A stretch of DNA of 25,912 bases from Peribolospora baueri (Eukaryota), in contig JAMDHS010000055.1 of assembly GCA_029717555.1 (NCBI GenBank), positions 124,001 to 149,912 on the forward strand, written 5' to 3'. The translations under genes and the position numbers were made by a program. Below the pieces are notes generated by a model. It made no database searches and had not been told where the DNA came from. It saw only the letters and a list, made by a program, of their open reading frames with translations. This document shows, in pieces, positions 11,655-20,396 of this stretch; the stretch's first letter is position 1; each line of letters opens with the position of its first letter.

Positions 11655-12188
11655 CATGCTACTTCGCGACGGACGAGGCGACGGCTGTGTCCTCTACTGA
11701 CGTTCACTCGACGTCACGTTGGTTTCCCTGCCGACTCAGTCGCTCCGAACCTCCATGCCATTATGGGTCGCTTCTTCTCGGGATTCTTTGCTTCCTGTAC
11801 ACTTGGGTCAGTACGTGTGATCTGGTTCACCTGTCTCGACCCGATGGTCCACCTCCTGCTGCTTCGTGCTCATCCATTATAGTCATTGCACGTTGCATTC
11901 TTTCCAGAGTCGTCGGAGGTGCTCTTGCCGGCTTGTAAGCTGACTCGTGCACGATATCATTGAGCAGCTTGGCCGTCGTACATTGACGCTCCTTCTTGCC
12001 ACATTCCAGCTTCGAGCCCGCAACAGGGGGCGAGGCCGTCGGCTTGTGCGTCGGCCATGGTATTTTTCTTGTGTCATTCTATCCCTCGGCTCACCTTTGT
12101 GTGTTCTCGTGCTACAGATTCGCCTTGGCCACCTTCCTAGGTCCAGGATTGGGTGAGACTTGCGCCGTTTCCCGTCAGGATCCCTCTA
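11650..12188 (+). pseudogene. Block B of the MFS paralogue (TM4-TM5), inverted
   Basis: Acceptor at 11739; four exons read VAPNLHAIMGRFFSGFFASCTLG|VVGGALAGF|FEPATGGEAVGL|FALATFLGPGLG; ends in a phase-1 donor at 12153. Confidence 0.85.
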
Positions 12189-12836
12189 GGTTGGGACCCC
12201 TATGAGGAGGAGGTGCCGAAGCAAGGCCCCGAGGACCCTTGGCCTGTCGATACATTTGAGGCGGAGGAGGATCCCATGTTCTGGTCGGTCGGAATGAAGG
12301 TTTCTCAGACTCTGGTGAGAGCAATTAGCCAGTCCTCGGAGGCCACCGTAGACACGTTTCGACGATTGTGGAGCTGATTTTTCCTTTCTATGCATGGACT
12401 TCAACGGTCATCCACCCTTTAAGCGTGAGTGATTCCACCTCCTGGAGGATGTCGCTCAGCTTGCATTATGAGTTGAGTTGACTCAGTCATCTCCTATCCC
12501 TTCCCTTGTTTCATCTTCGCCCTCCATTCCCCCGCCCACGCCACGCAGTCCTGGCTTTATCCGCCCTCTGTGCAACCTTCGCCTCCTCTTCCTTCTCAAG
12601 CGCCATCCAACCCGTCTCTGTCGAGTTCAAAGTCTCCACGGAAGTGACCACTCTGGGCACTGCGCTCTTTGTCCTCGGCTTCGCCTTTGGACCTATTTGC
12701 TTTGGCCCTATAAGTGAGAGGGTTGGGCGAAGGTGGCCCATCATCACTGGGCTGCTGTGCTCGGCCATTTTTGAGATTCCCGTTGCGGGTGAGAGTTCCG
12801 AGTTTCTACCTCAATGCGTTAGCGTTGCTCGTAGAG
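12184..12836 (+). pseudogene. Block A of the MFS paralogue (end of N-tail to TM3), inverted
   Basis: LGWDPYEEE..DTFEAEEDPMFWSVGMKVSQTL|L|LALSALCATFASSSFS..LGTALFVLGFAFGPICFGPISERVGRR..FEIPVA; ends in a phase-1 donor at 12789. Confidence 0.88.
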
Positions 12837-14248
12837 ATTGATGTTTGCACCGACCGGGCCCACGCCGCAACACGGACTCGCGACGACCGAAAAAGGCGAA
12901 CGGGGAAGGAGGCGCCGGATGGCCGAAATGAGAGTGTGGAGGTGACTCGAGGGGAGCGTCTGCGAACCTGAAGCATTCGGGGCTGGAGGAGAGCGACTGG
13001 ACGTCGTTCGTTTCTCCGCTCTTGGAAGAGCCGAGAGAGGTGTGGGAGGAGTTGGCATCTGGGAGGAAGCTCGTCAAGTTCCTCCTGCGACCGGCGTTCG
13101 CGGTCGTCGAGCGACGAGCCAACGGACCAGACCGCATGTGGCCGCCGGGAGAGGCGGTATAAGTGTCCTGCCTGTGTAGACTTCGAACACGCTCTCGCGG
13201 ATTCGAACAACACCTCTGCTGCAGTGCACCAGCTGCCAGGTAGAGGGACGGTGAGCGATGTGCGACCCTGCCTGTCGGGCGGGATACTCATAACCGGTCC
13301 CTGTGACACTTGACCACTTGGCGCGCAGGGATGGCCGACGGAATGGCCGATTACACGCACCACTACATCGTCCTAGAGCACTAGAGGAGCCGTCCAAGTC
13401 CTCCTGCACGTCAGTCGGCTCGAAACAGGTCGTCCGGGGGTACTTAACTCCACCGCTGGCCGGTCCAGGATCGTCCATCACATAGGAACAGATGAAGCCA
13501 TCGTCCGTTGTGTGTCCCAGGTCGAGAGGCTGCCGCAGTCCGATCAGTTGCGTGGGAAACGGAGAACTGCGGCGGCACAACCAGCGCGGCCGAGGCGGTC
13601 GACGCTCGGCCTCAGAAGAGATTGTGGACTGGTCTTCGTTCAGAACACCATCCACGGCTGGCAAAACTGACCTATCGTCGTCTCGTTGCCTTGGCTTCAG
13701 GACATTTCAAGACAGCCATTCGACACACAGGCTTACTCTACTCCAGCGAGGCTCTGCTTGCAGGCCTCGCCCGGTTGCCTACTGCCCTGTCGACCCCGTT
13801 TCGAAGACAGGTCTTTGCGCCTCTGAGGCCTCCTCGACCTCTTCTACGGCTGCAAGCTACCTCGGGCCCGCACCAGCTCGCGCAGGCATTGCTTCGTCTG
13901 TGCTTCTCGTCTTCTTTCTTCACCCGGTCTTGGATAAGCTTGATCTCCCGAGGTCTCCATTCGCACATCTCCCAACCAACCGACACGCCTTCGCTTTCTC
14001 TCCCTTCGCCATCACAACTAGACTTGTCCCATCCTCGCTCCCACGCAATCACCAAGCTCTCCAAACCCTCTCGGTATCCCAGAACTGCTTCTTTTTATTG
14101 CACCTATTTTTCCCGATCATCTGCCCAGGTTACGAGCGATACCCTTGACGAGCCTCCACTCCAGCGCCGATACTACTCCACTTCACCAAAACGACGCCCC
14201 GAATTGCAGCCGGTCGTCCACACTCCTCGTATTCTGAAGTCAGAGGAT

Positions 14249-17200
14249 ATGAGTGCGCCCGCAAGCTCAAGCGGCAGCTGGCGCCAGGGAGGGGCGCTGC
14301 CGAGCCAGTCGCTGAGTTGGGGGAGGGGACGGGGAGGCGGGGGAGGCGGTGGAGGTAGGCGGAGCAGCGGACGACAAGGTGCAGGGGGTCATCATGCCAA
14401 GTGAGCAGGTGTTTTTCTGTGTTCTTTATTCATCATCGCCGTACTCATCTTATCCTTTCTTCTTTTGCCGTCTTCGGCAGGCGAGCCAAGTCTGCACCGC
14501 TCCTTCCCAACCTGCCAGGCCCTTTACAGTCACAGGACTTCCTCGCGACACAATTTGCCGACGTCATTGCATCGGGCAGGGTCAAACCTGCGCATCTGGA
14601 GAACCCAAAGTCCCCGTTGGTTAACTACGTCATGGCAAGGACGGGCAGCGCGCCCAAGTATGAGTCCGAGGAGGGTCGTATCCAGGACACAGGCGAGCGC
14701 GTATTTCGGTGGGTGTTCGCGCTAGTATTGTGAAGGAGACGATTTATCTCCGATCGCCAGGGCAAGAAGTTTATCGTGCTGACGTCGATGTGCCCACTCT
14801 CGCAGATGCACGGTCGTTGCAGATGCGGAACATAACATAATCGGCGTGGGCGACCACGCGAAACGAAATGAGGCCGAAAAGTTGGCAGCGTATTCGGCCA
14901 TCCTTCAGCTCCAGGTGCACAACTTGCTGGGCACCAAGCCGACGCGAGCAAACGCTAACCAAGCGATGGCCTCCGCCGCAAACGCTTCTAGCGTCCCGGC
15001 GACCGTGGCGGCACCTGCTGGACCGGTCGCGACGCTCTCAGACGGCACGATAGTAGGGCTGGAGAAGGCGCGCGAGTTCATGGACTACTATTGCCAGCGA
15101 TTCCGCTTCGGCAAGCCTGATATTACTTTCGAGGCCTCTCAAACCGGCAGAAAAGGCTCAATTTCGTCGTGGAACGCGGTGATGACGGTCGGAGGCCGAA
15201 GGATTGGCATGGGCTCCGGGGCGAACAAAAAGGCGGCCAAAGGCCAATGTTACGTCGACGTCGTGCAGTACCTCGAGTCTTGTGACTCAGAACTCTGGAA
15301 GCACTTCAAGGAGACCCATCGCGAAAACGCGCCTCTGGGCATGGCGCCTCACGTTGAATTCAACGTGTCCGACGAATTGGACGACGAGGTGCGCGACCTG
15401 TATCGCCAATTGCGTGAAAGTCGCCTATTTGCACGAAGGCCGAAGACTGCCGGTTTGGAGCCCGCGCCGGGGATGGCAGCCAACGCGGGACTGTCCAAGC
15501 CGGAACGCCGAAGAATGCGCGTCGACCGACCGACGGAACGGTTCTTCGAGGCCAAGTCGAAGCGGCTCATGGACGAGCTGAACGCTTACCAAACGAACGA
15601 GGCGGTGAAGAAGATGCGGGAGCAGCGCGCCTCATTGCCCGTCACTGTCTGCGCTTCCGACGTTTTGGCCAAGATCGAGCTGAACGAGGTCACTATTTGC
15701 ATGGCTGCTACGGGATCCGGCAAGACGACGCAGATCCCGCAGCTTATCTTCGATGACTACATCCTCCGCGGCGAAGGCTCCCAGTGTAACATCATTTGTA
15801 CCCAGCCTCGACGGATCGCGGCCATCAGCGTGGCGGAGCGAGTGGCCAAGGAGCGAGGCGAGCAGCTGGGCAAGACAGTCGGGTACCAGGTGCGGTTCGA
15901 GAACAAGAGCCCTCAGCCGCACGGCAACATCACGTTCTGCACCACCGGCGTCTTTTTGCGAAGGTTGCAGTCAGCGTTGGGGGATTTGGATGACGAGAAC
16001 AGTTTCCTGGAGAACATAACGCACGTCGTCGTCGACGAGGTACACGAACGCGACATCGAGACGGACATCCTGCTCGTTGTACTCAAGCGCCTGCTCGCGG
16101 ATCGCAAGACGCGAGGCAAGCGCGAAATCAAGCTCATCCTCATGAGCGCGACCATCGACCCGCTTCTGTTCCAGCGTTACTTCGCCGCGCCGCCACCCTC
16201 TCGACTACTCGCTCCGGTCATCGAAGTGCCGGGGCGGAGCTACCCGGTGGAGAAGCACTATTTGGAAGAGATGGTCAGGGACCTTGAGGCGATGCGACTG
16301 CCTCCGGCTGAAGGAGGTTGGGTGTGGCGGGAAAAGAACGTGCAGGAGTACCTGGACAGGGAGCTTGGGCTTTTGAACCAAGGGCTTTCGAATGGCAAGA
16401 ACGCCCCCGGCCGCGACGAGATGGGCGACATGGTCGACGATCTCGAGCTGCCGTATCCACTGATCAGCTTGCTGATCGCGTTCATTTTAAGCCGCTCCGA
16501 CTCTGGTCACGTCCTCGTCTTCCTTCCAGGGTGGGAGGAGATCATCGCAATCAAGAACATTTTGATGGATCGGCATCAACGTCCTCTGCTTGGCATGGAC
16601 TTTGCGGACTCTCGGCGCTTTGAGGTGCATCTCTTGCACTCGAGCATCCCCGTCGCCGAACAGCAAGCTGTGTTCGAGCCTCCGCCAGAGGGCGTACGTC
16701 GCATCATTCTGGCCACCAACATCGCTGAGACTTCAATTACCATTCCCGACGTTGTTTTCGTTGTCGACACCGGCCGCGTCAAGGAACAGCGATACGACCC
16801 GCAACGCCGATTATCCTCACTCGTCTCGGCATGGGTCGGCACCTCGAACCTCAACCAGCGCGCCGGTCGAGCCGGACGTCACCGCCCTGGAGAGTATTAT
16901 GGCGTGCTCTCTCGCGCGCGTCTCAACATGCTCAACGTGCATCAGACGGTGGAGATGAAGCGCACCGACCTGTCTTCTGTGTGTCTGCAACTAAAAGCCC
17001 TGGACATTCCCGGCTTGAACGAGGTGGAGGACATTCTCAAGGAGGCCATCGAGCCGCCGGCGCCGGACCGAGTCACGGCGGCGATGGAGAAGCTGCGTCA
17101 GGTGGGCGCTTTGGACTCGGCCAAGAGTCTCACTTCGCTGGGCCGCGTCCTGCTCCAGCTGCCGATCGAAGCTGCGATCGGGAAGATGTGTCTCTACGGA

Positions 17201-18720
17201 GCGTTCTTCCGCTGCCTCGACCAGACCATCACCCTCGCCGCCATCCTTACGAACCGCGATCCGTTCATGGCTCCCATCGCGCTCAAGCGCGAAGCGGACG
17301 CCATCCGCGACAGCTGGTCGCCCGCCGGCTTCCGCTCCGACCCTCTCGGCATCCTGATGGCGTACAACAAGTGGTGGGAGATGCAAGGCCGAGGCGAATA
17401 TGGTGCCGCAAACCGCTTCCTGTCCGAAAACTTCCTTTCCAAGCCCACCATGATCTTGATCCAGCGCGTACGGGAGCAGCTCGTGCAGTCGCTCGATAAG
17501 GCCGGCGTCCTCCGCATCGCCCTCGATGCCAATTCACGCGGTCGCGACGGAGAGCGTGGGTCTTATGACCCGCGTTTCGGAATGTCTTTATCAGACCCCG
17601 CCCTAAATAGTAACGGTGAGAGCTTGGCGCTGCTCACCGCTCTCATCGCTGTGGCATCGGCTCCCAACTTTGCCATCCGGGCGTCGGAGAAGACGTACAG
17701 GACGTCGCAAGACAAGGTGAGTCGACCAGCGAATGGCCGTGATGGGTCTGAACGCTACATCGTGGTTGACTGGGATCATGGGATCAATCCTCCGTCCCCC
17801 CCAATCAATTTTCCTTTCGTCAGGTCTGTCTCATACATCCAAGCAGCGTCTGTCATCGCAAGCACGAAGCTTCGGATCAGACCCCGCAGACGGGTGAGCG
17901 ACAGCTGTTCGCTTTCGCGGAGAAGGTGCGCAACACGTCTATGGCGACAAGTGGATCAGGCGGCGGAAGCGCGGCGACATTTTTGCGCACCAACACGCGT
18001 CTCGACCCGATGGCGTACATGCTCTTCGGCGCTTACAACGTGAGGGTGACGGAGCGCGGCATGGAGTGCGATGGATGGCTGCCGGTGGTGGGCAACTTGG
18101 ACGCGCTGGACGACGTGGAGAGGCTCAAGAGCGTTTTGGACGCGTGCCTGCTGCGCATCTTCGAGGGCATCGGGAAGACGCCTCGGGTGGGGGGCGGAAG
18201 GAGACACGACGGCCGGCCAGCTTCCAGGGTGTACCGCCCTCCCGGAGCTCGGGTCGGCGAGAACGAGCCGATGTACCCGGACGAGCGCTCGGACGAGGAG
18301 GGCTTGGACGACGATGGGGATCTGTCGCTGGCGCCTCAGGAGCTGGACGAGTTTGGCAGACTGACGTCGGGCATTGTGCACATCCTCGACCTATACGTCG
18401 AGGAGCGGCAGTGGCAGGCTTCGAGGCGGTCCTCGCGCCCGCAGACGCCCTCTTCTTGGCCTGGCAGCAGCGGGCCGGCGAGCGGGAGGGCGAGCGTATC
18501 GGCGGTGGCGTCCGGAATGGCTCCCAGCATGGGATGGTCCGCTTCCGGTCCGGGTGGCGCGTATGGCGGTCCTACTAGCTCGTTCCATGGCGGCGGTCCC
18601 GGTGGCCTTTACGCGGGACATCTCGGCCCCCCTGGGAGGGCCGGCTCTGGGTATTCGAGTGCTTACAGCTCCAGGCCCGCGACGCCGCCGAGTAGGGTGC
18701 ACTGGGATGGCGGTCGATGA
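14249..18720 (+). CDS. DEAH/RHA-family ATP-dependent RNA helicase with N-terminal dsRBD-like domains (DHX9/DHX30-like, about 1395 aa); exons 14249-14400, 14481-14708, 14806-17716, 17824-18720
   Basis: Motifs ATGSGKTTQIPQ, TQPRRIAA, DEVH, MSAT, VLVFLPG, LHS, ATNIAETSITIPDV, QRAGRAGR, HA2 region LTSLGRVLLQLP, OB-fold IHPSSV. dsRBD-like GVGDHAKRNEAEKLAA and GMGSGANKKAAKGQC; Gly/Ser-rich tail. Confidence 0.92.
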
Positions 18721-19302
18721 GTTCCGAGTTAGCGCTGATACCATTGAATAGACGGTCCAGTCTTGTTGGCCAAGCCTTTGTACCTCTACCATCACGCTTG
18801 CTTATGCTGATGCGTGTCCACGCTTTTGGCAAAGACAAGACGAGACCGAGGTTACGTGAGAGAATGACGGATAACATCGTAACGTAGTCGCTTGCGTCTA
18901 CCTCCCTGACCTGACGACTCCGATGTGTAATCGCCCATCGAGAGAACCCAGTAGCGCAGGCTACGACGCGTGGAGCCGACGACAAAGGCAAAGACGAGAG
19001 AGGACGCTAGACAAAAGCGCGCCGCCGCACGACGACGCCTGCACGTTCTGATCGCGCTCGCCGTTCGAGACGAGACGAGCCGGCTGAACGGAATGAGTGG
19101 AGAATGAGCCGTTGAGCCGGGGCGTTTTCGATCGAGCGTGGCGCAGATCCGTCAAGGAGAGAGCGTTCAAGGCCGAGGTGGTGGACGCGCCAGGGTTGGC
19201 CGTGCTGCGTGGCGAAGTTCCGAACAGGAGGGTATATCAGGCTCTTCTCCTTCAATTGATTGCCAAATGAAACTGGCATATAGATCCGCGTAAAACATCC
19301 AC

Positions 19303-19382
19303 GGTTGGATAGTGTAGCGGTCATCACAGAGGTTTCTGATGAGAGTCTTCCTCAGACCTGGGTTCGACTCCCAGTCCGACCT
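19303..19382 (+). tRNA. tRNA-Gln(CUG) with an 8-nt intron (19340-19347)
   Basis: Same cloverleaf as the copy at 422-501 with five exon differences; anticodon CTG at 19336-19338; T5 at 19387-19391. Confidence 0.92.
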
Positions 19383-19784
19383 TTAATTTTTATATTCCTT
19401 GCCTTTCTTTTTGAAGGCAACTCCTAGCGGCTTCAACCTTTCAGCGCAACTCATGTTAATCCTGCTCACTTTCCGTCACTGTGGGATTTTTTTTCAGACT
19501 TTTTTTTTTTTTCTTTTTTTTTGGCATTGTGTCGCGCCTGTTTTACGTACTTTACATTCCGTCCGGAGCGAGCAAAAGGTGGGAGGGTCGATTGTCGGGT
19601 GACGGATGTGATGTAATTGGTGTGAGCACGGCGTCGCGCTCGATTCGATTCTGCTAGCCCTTCGTGGCGGGTGAGGAGGCTGAGCGAGTACTGGGGAGGC
19701 GTAGTCAAGCACGTATATGGGTGCATTCCCCCTCATCTTACGAGGGGGAGGCTCGACGTGCACCTACCTGGCCAAGGAAGAGAA

Positions 19785-20105
19785 GAGGCCAGCCAAGCCA
19801 AGCCAAGGCTCGGCCGGCGTTTTCGGACCGTCCGTCGGTTCGAGTCGGCCTGTACCGTACGATCGTACGTCTACTGCGTACGTGCGATACATGCATGGTC
19901 GTAGCCATAGCCCGCTGGACAACTAAACTAAAATCTATGAGTACGATGCGAGACAGCAGCCAGCCAGCCAGCCAGCCACAGCCAGCCAAGACAAGACAAG
20001 ACGAGACAAGACAGACCTGTTTAGGCAGGCAGGCAGGCAGGCCGGCCGTTGCGACGGGTCGGGGCGGCTGGACGTGATCGTGCCTGACTGACGTCTGTCT
20101 GTCTC
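19785..20105. repeat. Cluster of short microsatellites, (CCAAG)n, (CAGC)n, (ACAAG)n, (GGCA)n, downstream of samB
   Basis: For example cagccagccagccagccagcca, caagacaagacaagacgagacaagac and aggcaggcaggcaggcaggc. Confidence 0.8.
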
Positions 20106-20396
20106 CTCCCAAGCCATCATCCATCCAGCCTCCCTAGCAAGCCAACCGCCGCCCATCGACAATCTCGCGCCGCCGTCGTCGAACGGTAATGATAACGGAA
20201 GGGAAAGTTCATTGCTGCAATGAGACTAATGCACGAGAACGAACAGTCTGGAGGTAGGTGTGATGATGGGCCAAGCAAAAAGGATAGCAAACGGGTTAAG
20301 AAAAAAAAAAAAAAAAAAAAGAAGAAGAAAAGGGAGAAAAGACAGTGAAGACGCTTCGATGATGCTAGGAGTACAGATGAGGATCGTCCCGAGACG

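Larger units (their letters stand above)
9574..13137. pseudogene. Scrambled, frameshifted DHA1 MFS paralogue: block N (13137-~12832, -), block A (~12184-~12836, +), block B (~11650-~12188, +), block C (~11654-9574, -)
   Basis: Exons align collinearly with the intact neighbour only in the order N-A-B-C. 19 introns retain canonical sites. Frameshifts at ~11317, ~10352 and ~9745, and the exons for most of TM11-12 are missing between 9870 and 9765. Confidence 0.88.

Noticed and set aside
17717..18043. Apparent frameshift between the 1065-aa and 264-aa helicase ORFs
   Set aside because: Explained by a canonical intron at 17717-17823 giving SQDK|VCLIHPSSV.
422..19382. Direct-repeat tRNA pair as attL/attR of an integrated 19 kb element
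   Set aside because: Both are complete tRNA genes with different introns and five exon differences, the enclosed genes are housekeeping, and no integrase or transposase is present.
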